DNA of 64,000 bases from Octopus vulgaris (Eukaryota), in the NCBI GenBank assembly GCA_951406725.2, contig OX597830.1:41478001-41542000 (forward strand). The letters are read 5' to 3'. Below are positions 40,301-53,899 of the stretch, in pieces; position 1 is the stretch's first letter, and every line of letters begins with the position of its first letter. Below the pieces are notes generated by a model, which was given only the letters and a program-made list of their open reading frames with translations, had not been told where the DNA came from and made no database searches. The translations under genes were made by a program, and so were the position numbers.

Positions 40301-42327
40301 ATGTGCAGAACCTCCTGCCATACGATTACAGCAGCTGAATAGTGCCATTGTTAGTAGAGTGATGGGGAGATAGATGTGAGAAAAATGAAAGGTGGGGAAA
40401 GCTTGATAGGGACCAGATTGGGTGTAGGAGCAGGGTCTGGTGAGTGTATAGACATAGACATAATGTTTTTAAAACTGCATTTTCACCATGACAGATGGTT
40501 CTTATTGAGCACAGTGAAATTCCACTCATCTTGGTCCTTTGTCATCTCCACCATGAGACTGAACATCTCGAGATCAGGCTTCACAACTTCATCATGTCTT
40601 CCTCTTCCACAAGTTCCATCCACTTGGTACTTATACAGCTGTCATCATCCATACACATCATAGGACCGCACCTGTGCAGTTTTATTTCTTGCACACAACA
40701 TCTAATGCACTTTATGACCTTTCTCAACACATTTACACTGGTATATGCACATGAATGTTGCACATTTACCAGAGCAAACTAGCTTCATTTCTTTCTAATC
40801 TTTGCATGTTCTCTGCAAGGTGAAGAATCTGGAAAAGTAGGTGCCACATGAACTGAATGAGCATCAAATGACACAACATCTTGAAACTTGCTGTTCTTTG
40901 CTGTCACGGCATGAAAGCAAACCATTTTTGAATCATATTATTATGTGTGATGGAAAATGGATTCTTTTCAACAATAGCAAGTATTCTGCACAGTGGTTTC
41001 ATAGACACGAAGTGCCAAAACACAATCAAATAGGAATATTCACCAAAACAAGTTAATGGTGCCTGTTTGGTGGTCCAGCACTACTGTCATCCACTACAGC
41101 TTCATGGGACCTGCTAAGTCAATTACAGTGGATGTATACATCAACTAATTGGATGAAATGGTGAGTGAACATGCAATTAAACAACCGAGATTGGTCAATA
41201 GAAACTGGCCAATTCTCTTGCAAGACAATGCTCAATCACATGTTGCACAAAGATTGCTACACAAGTTACAGGAACTGAACTTGGGGAGGACTTTGTCATC
41301 CACCATATTCATCAGACCTTGCACCAACGAATACATTTTCCAGGCATTCATACCTTTTTGCAAGAAAAAAACTTCAAATCTGAAGAAGATACAAAAACAG
41401 CCTTTTATGATTTCATCATCTCTTGCTCTCCAGAATTCTTCACTGCCAGCATAAATAAGCTACCAATGAAATGGCAAAATTGTGTTGATAATTTAGGTGC
41501 ATACTTTGATTAATTGCATTGCTTTTTGTTGAGATAAGTAAAATAAACTTTCAATTCAAAATCAGACATTTCATTCTTAATGACCTGATAGAATCTCTCT
41601 TCAGGTTTAAAATGACAGGAGGGTAAAAGAAATAAAAAAACAGTGTTTCACATTTATGTTTGAGCAACTGGCTGCAACACACATCCACACCTGTATAAAT
41701 AATGCAGTTTAAATTTCAATCGCATGGCAAACAATTAGTATTTAAAACTCCATGTGTATTCTTGCATGACCAAAGGTTAGACTTAGCAGCAGCTAGGTCA
41801 GAGTACATACAGAAAATAAAACAAAACTGAACACTTTATTCCTAAAATATTTATGTCATCTTATGCATATTTCATTGACAATGGAAAGTACCAGTTCTAT
41901 AACTCTTTGAAAGTTATTGCACAGTCAAATCTTCAGAGATTGCATAACTCTGCATAATACTGTTCACAATTCTGTATAAATACTAAAGATTACTAATGAG
42001 AGTTACACAATGTTTGAAAAGTTGCCAATGCAATCAGCTACTAAGGTTTTCCCTTATATAACTGTTTCTTTTTTTTTATTGTTAATGAAATGTACTTAAG
42101 ATGTAACTAAATATTTCATGAACAAACTCTTCTGTTTTGCTTTACTTTACAGATAGAGAGAAAAGACATCAATAAAGTATTTTTTGAAAATTTTCAATGT
42201 ATTTAGAATAAGAGACTGAAATATTTCTTACTGCTGTCACATTTTCCGGAACACTGACAGTGATTTCTTCTGGTGTTGGCTTTAAAGTGGTAGCAGCAAT
42301 GCCGATATCAACATTGTTTTCATTCAT
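24199..42327 (-). CDS. BANP: BANP/SMAR1 BEN-domain transcription factor, 561 aa; complement join(42327-42232,38631-38409,36958-36861,36217-36048,35869-35805,33987-33964,32990-32934,32033-31941,30641-30566,29996-29833,28095-27845,27113-26961,24414-24199)
   Basis: All introns are GT-AG and phases give one 1686-nt frame. Matches vertebrate BANP as recalled: ICLRLDSIENKL coiled coil, NVTLITLNSEEDYPNG.WLGDE, NCRTAEKMALTLLDYLF.RE.QA.SNLSG.GKHGKKQLDPL.IYGI, ESDW.RIKQ.IDSKCRTA.RRK.RG, and a Q/V-rich tail. Confidence 0.94.
25485..25755. repeat. Near-perfect inverted repeat (about 117-bp arms, 37-nt loop 25602-25638)
   Basis: ACCTTGCATTTAATATTTCGG pairs with CCGAAATATTAAATGCAAGGT; continues to ATATATTGTATAAA / TTTATACAATATAT. 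Confidence 0.95.
26961..27113 (-). CDS. BANP: BANP Q-rich exon QSELDIQQ...DQVIQ
   Basis: ttgcag|cag ... |gtaaga; 153 nt. Confidence 0.92.
27845..28095 (-). CDS. BANP: BANP BEN-domain exon HLIQRFKINESDWQRIKQNIDSKCRTAFRRK...HIQQ
   Basis: ttttag| ... |gtgaga; 251 nt. Confidence 0.96.
28157..28630. mobile_element. Second TTAA-flanked MITE family, interrupted by a (GAT)n-tailed repeat
   Basis: TTAA-CTCTT..GCATTCAGATTACTCTG...AAAGGG-TTAA; related pieces at about 1131-1275, 29390-29550, 42477-42640. Confidence 0.65.
29833..29996 (-). CDS. BANP: BANP BEN-domain exon DLLHIHSNCRTAEKMALTLLDYLF...IYGIW
   Basis: tttcag| ... |gtaagt; 164 nt. Confidence 0.96.
30566..30641 (-). CDS. BANP: BANP exon DYPNGCWLGDELNLEMRVRVPISS
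   Basis: ttttag| ... |gtaaat; 76 nt. Confidence 0.95.
31941..32033 (-). CDS. BANP: BANP exon LLTPSDF...IGPNVTLITLNSE
   Basis: ttccag| ... |gtaact; 93 nt. Confidence 0.94.
32934..32990 (-). CDS. BANP: BANP exon IDSDILQTMQLENKDKKG
   Basis: ttttag| ... |gtatgt; 57 nt, phase 1-1. Confidence 0.78.
33713..33896. mobile_element. Tc1/mariner-type MITE
   Basis: About 26-bp TIRs TGAGGGGATACTGAAAAGTTCCTGGC / GCCAGGAACTTTTCAGCACCCCCTCA, TA on the right flank. Confidence 0.85.
33964..33987 (-). CDS. BANP: BANP 24-nt microexon (E)DESQFQK
   Basis: ttgtttttcag| ... aag|gtaatt; open, symmetric phase 1-1; not required for frame. Confidence 0.65.
34356..35515 (+). mobile_element. RTE-type LINE 3' end with inverted 5' piece and about 1-kb 3' UTR
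   Basis: - strand RKMWDGVIKTDLKMLGLTE (34415-34356) abuts + strand MDR..DVWQ*EVVEKT, then a pyrimidine-rich tract ending in the common (GAT)-tailed repeat. Confidence 0.7.
35805..35869 (-). CDS. BANP: BANP exon STSPSRRSGALIVGLPQDRNS
   Basis: tttcag| ... |gtatgt; 65 nt, restores phase 2 to 1. Confidence 0.85.
36048..36217 (-). CDS. BANP: BANP exon QILFNINKAICLRLDSIENKL... (coiled coil)
   Basis: ttgcag| ... |gtaagt; 170 nt. Confidence 0.94.
36861..36958 (-). CDS. BANP: BANP exon FSGDDDSCDGEPAEKRMKLE...QSLK (NLS-like EPxxKRxKL)
   Basis: ttgcag| ... |gtaaaa; 98 nt. Confidence 0.9.
38409..38631 (-). CDS. BANP: BANP exon IVMNEVGDPT...DLSDDS
   Basis: tctcag| ... |gtaagc; 223 nt. Confidence 0.88.
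40490..40800 (-). mobile_element. RTE-type LINE RT C-terminal fragment
   Basis: SVNVLRK..IRCCVQE..L...G..M.MDDDSC and following DEVVKPDLEMFSL-type fragment. Confidence 0.7.
40817..41590 (+). mobile_element. 5'-truncated decayed mariner with 3' terminal repeat, antisense in a BANP intron
   Basis: *VPHELNE...IIMCDGKWILFNN...ILLQDNAQSH...HPPYSSDLAP...KLPMKWQNCVDNLGAYFD*, then TIR-like ...CATTTCATTCTTAATGACCTGA-TA. Confidence 0.92.
42232..42327 (-). CDS. BANP: BANP first coding exon MNENNVDIG...ENVTA (exon begins 42333)
   Basis: ttctcag|GGAGGAATG ... GCA|gtaaga; joins phase 0 to the next exon; start codon inferred. Confidence 0.75.
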
Positions 42328-45300
42328 TCCTCCCTGAGAATAGAATAACAAATAACAAATTTGAATTCAGCTATGAACAAAATGGTTACAGAAACATGTA
42401 CAGACCCGAACTTCACTGTAGTTTTAAGAATGATTATTGCAGAGTGGTTTAGTATTTCTAGTGAAAATTGTATCCTTAACCCTTTAGCATTTAAACTGGC
42501 CAAGATATTCTCCATGTTGCATGTTCAAACTGGTCAGATCTGGCCTCTCACACCTATTCTACAATGTAAACAATCACTACATTGAAATTTCAAAACTATA
42601 AGATAATGCATGATTCATTCAAAACAATTTGAATATGACATTTTAAAGTAATACTCAAGCAGAATCAGTATGATAATTTATGGAACAATGCTAGAATTCC
42701 ATACAGTTTCTATTAAGTCCATTTTCACTCCCAAAGCTTGGGTTAATCTGAGGCTAAGATAGAAAAAGAAGCCCATGGTGCCATACATGGCATTATGATT
42801 GTGAAACACTTGAGCACTCAGCTTTACTCACACATTTAGTTCCATGTGACAAAAGTCTGTTACAAGAGTCAATTCTTGATTGTAATGATTGAACATCACT
42901 TTCGTAACTCTCTGAAAGAAAGGTATGTCACACATCTTTTTACAACTATTTTTCCATACTTGCAAGGGTTGGTTAATTGTTTTATTTAAGAAATTGCTTT
43001 GTCAACTCTTACAGATGGATGCCCTTTCCTTCATGGCTTCCACTTGTTCAACCATCAAAGCAGCAGTGGAATTTGTATTTAGCAGAGAGGCAAATTGGTG
43101 TCTGTTGTTACCTTGCTCAGTAATACATTACAATATGGTTTCAATGGTTGTAATATGACCTGATTAGAATTTAACACCTTCACCATTTTGATACCAACCT
43201 GCCTTTCATTCCATTATGCAAACTTCCCATTTTAAAGTGATCCAAATTAAAACCTTCCTTCCAAGTTTCATGTTAATTTATGTTCCAAAAACCAGCTTAA
43301 TAGTGACTAAGTGATTTTGCTAAATTTTTCATTATTTTCAAAATTAATTTAATATTAATTGAAACAAAGGCAATGTTATTTCAATAGAAATGTGGTAACA
43401 AAAGGGTTAAACTCACAACCATTTATTTTCTGCAACAAATAAAGTTTTGAACTACTTCAAGAAAGTAATTCATTTAATAATCAAATACTTAACTTGAATA
43501 GTAGGCCTAGCACAATGCCTGGTCTAACACCATCACCATGAGTGCCTTCAGTAAAGTTTTCTCCTTTGCAAGAACTAAAGCCCTTCATTCCTCACCCTCG
43601 TTCAAGTTTTACTGCAGATTGACTTGCATTTGTTTTGACTGGACACTTGTCACAGCCAACCTATCTGGGAGTATGTACCCTTGTTCTCTGACTAACTCAT
43701 GAAAAGAAAATATATCACCATCACCATGCTTTTAACATCTACTTTTCAGACAGAGTTTGGGGCAGGTTTTCTATGGCCAGAGGCCCTTACTGCTGCCAAC
43801 CTTCACCTGTTTCCAAGCAAGGTGACATTTTTTTGCAAAATACTGTAAATGAACAACACAGCTTATATGACAGTGACATTCATTCACAATTATCATGTGA
43901 TGTCAAGACAAAGTGACACATACAGGCACCAATATGATGGGCTTCTTTCAGTTTCCATCTAGCAAATCCACTCACAAGACTTTAGTCAGTCTGAGGCACT
44001 TGTGGAAAGCACATGCTCAATATGCCATGCAGTGGGACAAAACCTGAAACCATGTGACTGAAAGCAAATTCCTTATCACACAGCCATGCCTGAGTTTACA
44101 CACACACACACACTCAGAACAATTTCAATGAAATATGAGGCAAAAATGGATGAAATCTGAGTTAAAAGGCTGACCACTTGCGTTGACTTCTGTTGCCATT
44201 GTCATCCCGCAATTTTCATGGGTATGATTTCAATGATTAAGTATTTTCCAGTATTGCATTTTACACCATAGCTTCAAGGGAAATAATAATCCAAAGAAAA
44301 AAAATTTCCATGTGACCCTATCTGTGAACCAGAACTGCAGTTTATAAAGTTAGAGGTAGATGTTTTGGTGGAGAGTGTTTGTAAAAAATATGTCAAAAAA
44401 CAAAAAAAAAAAAAATAATAATTCTGGACAAAAGGTGTAATCACAAACTCACTGCATTTTCTTCAAAATATAATGTAGACCATCATTATCCTCATTATTT
44501 TAAAATTCATTTTTCCATGCTCACATGGGTCAGACAGAATTTCATTGAAATGAATTTTCTACAGCTGGATGCCCTTCTTGTGATCAATCCTCACCTATTT
44601 TCACGTGAGGTAATATTTCCTCATCACCAGACAGGTTTTCATGGAAGATTGAGTATGAAAGACACCACTTGCATGAGATACATTCACTTACACCTATCAT
44701 GTCATGTCAAGGCAAGGAGACACACACACACACACCTATATATATATATATATATATATATATCATCATCGTTTAACGACCGTTTTCCATGCTAGCATGG
44801 TTTGGATGGTGTAACCAGGGTCTGGGAAGCCAGGAGGCTGCACCAGGCTCCAGTCTGACCTGGCAGTGTTTCTACAGCTGGATGCCCTTCCTAACCTCAA
44901 CCACTCCGTGAGTGTAGTGGGTACTTTTTACCTGCCAACGGCACAGGTGCAAGGGGAGGCTGGTAACAGTCACGATCAGCTGGTGCTTTTTACGTACCAC
45001 CAGCACAGAAGCCAGTCAAGACGGTGCTGGCATCGGCCACGTTCAGATGGTGCTTTTTACGTGCCACCGATATATATATATATATATATATAATATAATA
45101 ATAATAATAATAATTGATGAATGAAGTGGAAGATAGATTTGGCATTAGTCTTTATTCATTCATGAAGTAGATCCAGCGGAAATATACCCCGACTATATAT
45201 TTATATGTATATGTGTGTATGTATATATATATACATATATGTATATGTATATATATATATCTGATATATATCTGATAGCTTCTTTAAGTTTCTGTCTACC

Positions 45301-46834
45301 CAATCCACTCACAAGCCTTTGGCTGGCCTTGACCTGAGCTATAGTAGAAGACATTTTGCCCAAGGTACCATGCAGCGAGATTGAACCCATTTGGTAGATG
45401 GAAACTGAAAGAAGCCCATTATATATATACATATGCTTATGTATGTGTGTCTTAGTCTGTTGTCTCACACACACACACACTGCTTGACAACTGGTGCTGA
45501 TGTGTTTATGTCACTATAACTTAGTGGTTTGGCAAACCAGGCTTTAAAGAAAAAAAAGTATTGGTAGTCAAAACATTTGACTAAAAATTCTTCAAGGTGA
45601 TGCCCCAGCATGACCTCAGTCTAATGACTGAAACAAGTAAACGATAAAAGATTTACATATTTACTAAAATTTCTGCAATTTTGTTATTGCACACCTTATT
45701 CAGCACATTACTGTGTATATATTTCCAATATCATCCACTTAAAAAATATCCAAATTTTGGGGACAAGGCCAGAAATTTCAGGGGAGAGGCTAGTCGATTA
45801 CATCGACCCCAGTGATCACCATTCCTTGTAACAGTACATTTAAACAAGGGAATGAGGGATTAATATATACATGCAAGAGTCTGTGCGTGTATACATATGT
45901 ATACTTTGTATCTTCAAAGCTATGTGAAATGAAAGAGCCCCTAGTTGAAAACTGGTAATGATTAGCATCAAGAAGGACGCCTGGCTGTAAAAGAATGCTT
46001 CAGCAACACATTTATCAAATCCATGCTAGCATGGAAAAATGGACATAAGATGAATACATGTTCCATTTTCACCAACTTATATAATTGATGAATCAAAGGG
46101 TTTCAATTAGCCATTATTTTCTTTCTTATAAACAGGAAGAAAACAAAACAAATGGCACAGTTCACTGTACATGGAAGTTTTTAATACATGATTAATGTAG
46201 AATAAGGCTTTCAATAAATTTGCAAATATTAATAGAATACCATTATGATCATGTTAAATAAATGAGGATTACATTTCATAAGAATAGTCAAATGGAGAAG
46301 CTGGTGCTTGTCTTTTTTTATTTCTTATTCAGTTCCATTTGAGGAATAATGATAATTTTTTTATACACCCAGGCCTATTCCCCATATTTTTAGGAGGAGG
46401 TAGCTAGAAGACACACACCAGACATTCCATTCATTTCCCAGCTCAAAGAAGCAAGTCCCATTCTATGCTCGGGGCAAGGAAATAGAACGCAACCCCTAAT
46501 ATCAGCAGCAGGGCCTGACTACATATGCTGGTTTACCCCCACCACATCATGCTGGTTCCACACCCGTTTAAGCAGCATCAAATTCACTCATCCATCCACA
46601 AACACTCTCCAAGCTTTCCTATCAATTATAAATCTTCTTACAAATAATAATAATTTTTTTTTTTCTACTATAGGCACAAGGTCTGAAATTTTGGGGAGGG
46701 GCTAGTTGATTACATTGACCCCAGCACTCAACGACTTATGCTATCAAACCTGAAAGGAGGAAAGGCAAATTTGACCTTGGTAACATTTGAACTCAAACTA
46801 TAAAGACAGGCAAAATGCACTAAGCATTTTTCTG

Positions 46835-46866
<32 letters not shown>

Positions 46867-49800
46867 TTGGTGGTCTCTTGCAGTCTAAGAAAGACAACTT
46901 TTTGCTGAACAATTTACAAAGATGATTTGTTTATAGCAGGGGAGAGGAAACTTTTTAGTGCAGTGGGAAAAAATTTCCAAAGAAAAAGATATGTGGGTGG
47001 ATCACGTTCTAACTCTTATATCTGTGTAAATCTTGTATATAATTTGATATACATTAATAAAGGTAAGTTTAACACATTAAATTAATGTCTAACATCTTCA
47101 TTAACACTGCCACTGAATTTAGGATGTTTATATTACTTATGCGGTATTCTATATTTTTCAGCTAGAGTGTAGTTGGGTCTCAAGGGGGTGGTACAAACCA
47201 ATCATTTTAAGTCATAGTGGAAACATGACCTATGTCGCACAAATATTGTATAAATTTTATAATTGAAAAATCTACTTATTTTGTACATACGAGTTTACCA
47301 ACCCGCAGGTACGCGTTTCCCCACCCCTGACTTATAGTGATCAAATGTTTTTGCCGTACATTAGCTCACTCGCTCCCTCCATCAAATTGATAGTACCTGT
47401 ACAGGTGCATGGTGTGCCGCATGTCTGATGTTGGAATAATTGCAAAGCAACGTGTGACGAAGTGTTTTGCTCAAGAAAACAACAAACTGTCTGATCTGGG
47501 GATTGAAACCATGATCTTGTGCAACACTCTAACCACTAGGCCACACACCTTTACTTGGAGGAAACAAATCAAGTAAAACCAATCAGGAAACCAGTCTAAT
47601 GCGGTCACCTGATTTGCTGGAAATAGCAACCAAATCTTCTCCAAATAACACCCTATAATGGATAGTGTAACCCTAGATACAGTTTGAAAAGGAAAAATTG
47701 TGGACTCATGCTTAGAACATTTTTGGGTCAGGACTGACCAAAAGTTAACGATGTGGCTATATGATAAGAAGTTTGCTTCCCAACGACATGATTCTGGGTT
47801 CAGTGTCACTGCATGGCACCTTCACCAAGTGTCTTCTACTATAGTTCTGAGCCAACCAAAGCCTTCTGAGTGGATTTGGTAGATGGAGACTGAAAGAAGG
47901 CAGTCATTGTATGTGAGTGTGTGTGTTACTGTCTCTTTGCATTGACACAGTGTAATAGTTGTAAACAAGTGTCACCATCATGCAAGTGGTGTCCTTCATT
48001 TGAAAACATGTCTGGTCATAGAGAAATATAACCTTATGTGGAACCAAGTAAGAGCTGGTGGCAGGAAGGGCATCTAGCCATGCAAAATCTGCCTCAACTA
48101 ATTACATCTGACCTACGTGAGCATGGAAAAGTGACTATTAAAATGATGATGATGATAAGAGAGTTTATTTCAAAACAAGAATTTTATCCTAAGTATAGGA
48201 ATCTTATCCAAAAAGCTAATCCATCATTATAAAATGGATATCTAAACAATAGCCATATTTCACTATTCATTGACATAAATTTTAATGTAATACTAACATC
48301 TCATTTCTTAATATTATTCTATCTGTAACCAAAGATCAGTTTTACCTGGTTACAACCCAACATCAATCTAGGACGATGTTTGTTTGGTTGTTATTCTCAT
48401 CCTTCATCAGTCTTCTGTTAAAGAAATAAACTAACTTCTGGTAATTTTTTTATATCCAGTCAACCAGTTTGCTTGCTGGATTTAAGTAGATCATATACTT
48501 CTCATCTCTCCCTTAGTCTTACTGCATTTTCAGTTTTAATATATTAACTAATATTATTTCAAATAAAAGCACAAACCCTCATATTTGTGGGTAAGATATA
48601 GTCAATTAAAACTCATCTTACTTCCTAACTGGTACTTTATTTTATCAATGCCAAAAGATGGCATTTTAATTTCAAACCCTTATACTTGTCCCTCTATCAT
48701 ACTTGCCTTGAACACTTGGTATAAAGCTCACAAACACATATGTAGAAGCAGGAACTTCTCTTTATTTTTTTCCTTGTTCTTCTGTTTTGCAAATTATGTG
48801 GCAATCTCACTAGTGCTGGTGATTCCAAAAAAATGCATCCAGTACACTCTGTAAACTGGTTGTCATTAAGGGCATCCAGTCATAAAAACCATATTAAAGC
48901 TGACACTGGAGCTTGGTGTAGCCCTGTGAGTTATCTGACCCTGTCAAACCATCCAATCCATGCCGGTATGGAAAATAAACATTAAATAATGATGATGATG
49001 ATTTTGTTCAACAGTTTACTATTTCTGCCAATCTGCTTAAATTAACAACACCGCCAGCTTCATGCCCAAGAACTTACCTGTGATCAGTAGTTTCTATATG
49101 TCTAACAGCTAAAATTCCAAGATTTTACATTAATCAGACTGGGTTTACTTAAAGTAATAGTGTTCACCAACCTTGTAATCCATTGCAAGAGACCAGCCTT
49201 GGTAAATTGATTGTAGAATAATAATGTTTAGCCAAAGGTCAGCACTAATCAAGCAGACTTATGATCAATGATGCTGCAGCCTGTCAGAACCCCTATATCC
49301 ATTGTGTCTCTGCTTCTCAAGATTGTAAGACAGTGATATTGGGGTAGATTTGGCTTCTACCTCTAGCTGTTTGAGCAACCGCATAGACACTCCCTCACTG
49401 GTTCATACAAAATATATTGAAAATATGTGAAACAGAGGAGCCTGCACTATCAAATTCCCAATATTCTATGTTATCTTTTATAAGTTGTAGAGAGAATACC
49501 ACCGCCATATGGGAAAGAACTTACTACGGCTAATTAAAACTAATAACAATAACTGAAGTACACTCAATTCTATAACCACACCATCATTCCCATTTAACAC
49601 CCATTTTCTATGCTGGCATGGGTTGGACAGAAGCCAGCAGGCCAGAGGACTGCACTTAGCTCCCAATGTCTACTTTGGCATCATTTTTACATCTGGATGT
49701 CCTTGCTGATACCAACCACTTTAGAGTGTACTGGGTGCATTTTACATAGCACCAGCAATAGTAAGGTCACCAAGTAACCTGCAAGGCAAGACCCCTTCAA

Positions 49801-51457
49801 CTATAGAGGTGAGGGTAGTACTGACAGACGTGGCTTTATACCAAGAACAGATGACTTTCTGTAGAGGAGATACATGGCTACCCTTGTTGCAAAAAAAGAG
49901 ACGGTGGTGATGCAGATGTGTCAGGGCATACCTGCAAGTTACACGAAGGTGAACATAAATGATGCAGGATTGTCCTTTCAGTTTGCAGTAATTTAGATTG
50001 CATGGCTGCAGGTATTGCAATATCACACAGAAATACTTCTAAAGCATGCACATCATCAGTGAAAAAGTATTAGTCTCAAACATCATGCTGTATCTACCAC
50101 CTGTCTTATCCTAATTAGTTTAATTATATAAATCTAATTATAAACTTGACAATCATATAAGATAATTAAATAAAAATATGCCAAATTTAAAAACAAATAT
50201 ATATTTCTGCTTTCTTTTCTAGTTAATTTAACAATTGGACTGAAAAGCCCAGAAGTTATTTTGAACAATTAGAAGTTGTTCTATACTGATTAGAAGCTAT
50301 CTTACAAAATTATATTAATATGATATTGCCTCTGTTGCAAGCAGTGGTGATGTACAGTAGATCTGTTCAATTCATAAAAAAAACCATCATGGGAAAAATG
50401 AAGGAGTCTCTACTTGGTTACTTGGCCAGCTAGAAATAAAAGTCAAATCTCCCTCAAGCCTATTGTTAAATAAAATTTCAGATTGGACAATGTTGTCAGG
50501 AGTACATTGTTCCAGAAGAAAAGATGACATAGTCATGGTTAGAAGGGCTTGTGATTACAGATCTGACCTACAGCTAAACAATCATAGATGTTTGAACTTT
50601 GATGAAGACAATCATGTCAGCTGTAGAAATTGAGCCAAATTGGACTGGAATTTGGTGCAGCTCTCTGACTTACCAGTTCCAGTCAAGCCATCTAACCCAT
50701 GCCAGCATGTAAAGCAGATGTTAAATGATGATGAAGATGTGTAGAAAGCTTGTATTCTGAGTTGTGAATAAAACACCTCTTTATTTTTGACTTGTTTCAG
50801 TCATGCTGGAGCACCACCTTGATGGGTTTAATCAAACAAATCAATCCTAATGCTTATTTTTTTATGTCTTGTACTTATCTTACCAGTTGCTTTTTGCTGA
50901 AACACTAAGTTATGGGGATGTAAACAAACCAACCCCAGTTGTCAAGTGGTAGGAATGGACAAACATAGACACACACACACACACATATAACTATCATTTA
51001 ATGCCTATTTTCTATACTAGCATGGGTTGTACAGTTTGACAGGAGCTGGCAAGGCTGAGAGCCATATGAGGCTCCATTGTGTGTTTTGACATTTCTACAG
51101 CTGGACACCCTTCCAAACACCAACCACTTTACAGAGTGTACTGAATACTTTTTTATGTAGCACCAGCACCAATGCTTTTCACATGGCACTATCACTGACA
51201 AGGTCACCAAAGTACCTTGATATAACATGTTTCTGTTTACCAAATTCACTCACAGGTTTTGGTCAGCCTGGGACTCTAGAAAACAATAGTCCAAGGTGCC
51301 TTTCATACTGATCTTCATCTTCCAGCATCTGATGATATTCTCAAGACTAAACTGTTTTACCTACTGTTCATCCTTATATTCTTTTAACTTTCCACCATTT
51401 TCAACTACTTTTCATGTAACTGATATCCACCATTATCATAGAGATACTGCTGTATAT

Positions 51458-51670
51458 TCTTTTCTACTCTAGGCACAAGGCCTGAAATTTTGGGTGATTG
51501 GTAGAGGCAGTCGATTAGATCAACTCCAGTATGCAACTGGTACTTAATTTATCAACCCCGAAAGGATGAAAGGCAGTCGACCTCAGTGGAATTTGAACTC
51601 AGAACGTAAAGACAGATGAAATACTGCGAAGCATGTTGTCCCGGAGTGCTAACATTTCTGCCAGCTCGCC
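51458..51670 (-). mobile_element. tRNA-derived SINE family B (copy with TSD)
   Basis: GGCGAGCTGGCAGAA...GAGTTCAAATTC...GGTCGAC..CCTTTCATCCTTTCGGGG core; flanking duplication TGCTGTATATT; other copies at about 7288-7505, 8925-9100, 9835-10030, 15144-15320, 21350-21570, 22988-23210, 37325-37520, 46660-46835. Confidence 0.8.
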
Positions 51671-51959
51671 ATTGCTGTATATTAAATAACCAATGTCCAC
51701 CCCACTGGTACCACTATATATTTAGTAACCATATACACTTCCACTATGCTCATACCACAATATATTCAGTGATCAATGTCTACTACCAATAGTGTGTACC
51801 GCCATACACTAAGCAATATCCACTACAATCTATTTGGTAACTAATTCCACAAGCACTACCTTGATTTACTGTATATTTAGTAAGCAATATTTGCTACCAC
51901 TATACTAATACTACTGTATATTTAGTAACCAATGTTAACTACCACTACACTGATACAAC

Positions 51960-52101
51960 CAGGGGTGGACTGAGCCATCGGTCAATTGGGCACTGCCCGA
52001 GGGCCCCACACTCTACATATTAATTCTACTAAAACACACATTCAAAGGGGCCTGGTAAATAGTTATGCTTGAGGGTTCTTAATACTCTCAGTCTGCCCCT
52101 A
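51960..52101. mobile_element. hAT-type MITE
   Basis: TIRs CAGGGGTGGACTGAG / CTCAGTCTGCCCCTA; 8-bp TSD GATACAAC / GGTACAAC (1 mismatch). Confidence 0.8.
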
Positions 52102-53899
52102 GGTACAACTGTACATTCAGTAACCTGTTTGCTACACTATATTTAATAACCGATGTCCATATCATGATCTAACTTTAGATCCAAAGATATATGTATTGCT
52201 ACCAAAGTACCCATCTATTGTGATCTATTTACATCTATTGTGATCTTACATGATCCTTTTTTCATATACTTTCATTTAAGAATATGTATCTGAGAAATCT
52301 TTAATTCTTCTAAATGTTTCTTTCTCCTTATGAACCCCTCAGTTTCTGCATTGTTCCTACTATTAAAGTTATACATCTTTTAGTCTTATCTTTTAACTCA
52401 CTTAAAGAAGACTAAGATATCCATCCTTATAGTAATGAATGACCTTAATTAATGAGAATCCCTGATATCTAATTTATCTTGTCAGTAAATTTTATTACAA
52501 AATTTGGTTTTAAAAAAATGATTCACCAAAGATATGTATTCCGGATATATTTTTCACAGAGTTTTAAGAACATCACCATCATCTGATGGTGAGCAACAGC
52601 TGATAAGATTCTCAACTATTTGGTTGTCAATCTCACCAAAGCACTAAAATGTATGAAAATGCGAGGGTAGCTAAAGTACAATATGTAAAATATTTGTTAT
52701 ATTGCCAAATAAATTGAACATTTGCTTAGTAAGGTCAGATAAACTATAAACTAAAAGATGAAACACCGATTGAATTAGAATGTTCTTGAAAAAAAAATCA
52801 ATGTTTTTTGCTGTTGTTGCTTTGGTAGTTATTAACTATTTAACTTAAAAGCTACAAAAATAAAATGTGGATTTAAAAAGCTGATTTACCAAATAAACTG
52901 TGATATTCCCATGCAATATGAAATGTAACTTTTGGATAAACAAACGTGATGATAAACCAAAGATAACATTCCATTGTTTTAGAGGAACACTTAACCGGAA
53001 GGAAACTGGCTCTTTAGAGTTATGCGGGCATTTTACACCATTCTTCACTATTCTTATTTCAGAAAGATCTATTTAGGATCTAACTAGTTTGAAATTTGGT
53101 TATTTTGTAATATTTTTAATGACCTTTGTAAAAAAAAATAAATCATTCACTCTTGACATCTAAAATGAGTACAAAACAAGGTAGTAGATTATTGCCCGAT
53201 CAACATTAACAAACTAGGTATGTTTATCAATGGAGATAAAAGCTCTCTCTCTCTCTCTCACTCTTTTTAATTTCTTTTTAGTGGGGAGTTGATTGAATAA
53301 GAATTATGAAACTTTGAAAAAATAGTTTATTTTGTTTCAAAAAAAATGTGAAGTAAATAAAAGTTACGCATGCCATGGCAAGTAAAGTTATTTCCGGAAA
53401 GTAACCAAGAGGGTAGTGAGATGTTATCAGGAAATCGGATAGAGAACAATATTTATATGTAATAAATACACAAATCTATGGAAATAACTTGTGAGAAGAT
53501 TCCTGTGATGAAGGAGACAGATATGTCTAGCAGACGATGACAAATTAAAACCCAAAACATGCGTGTTGGTTTGGTGGTGATGAAGCAAAGAAATAAGAAA
53601 GTGATCACAAAATGAGGGAGCAGCACTACGTAGATAGATTGCACTCTGGTTGGTAGCTTCAACGAAAAGCTTCCTCATATTTCATAACTGACATCATTAA
53701 ACGTTATTATTCGCTCTTATTCTCAGCGTGCGTGCAATAATGTTATATTATATGGAGGCATCAGGACTATAAGCTGACCCTCCACTTCGAAGTAGTTAAG
53801 GACTTTAGTTGATGGATCATTGTCCTTTTTTTTTTCTTTTTTTTTTTTTGAGATTTTTGTGTCAATATATGAAATTGTACTGAAATTGGTGCATCGAGC

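Larger units (their letters stand above)
51410..52160. repeat. Degenerate minisatellite of about 45-bp unit
   Basis: Recurrent ACTGTATATTTAGTAACCAAT..CTACCACTA; interrupted by a SINE and a hAT MITE. Confidence 0.75.

Noticed and set aside
47300-47331. GAAACGCGTA on - strand as a hammerhead half
   Set aside because: No upstream CTGANGA; context CAGGGGTGGGGAAAC looks like a hAT MITE terminus
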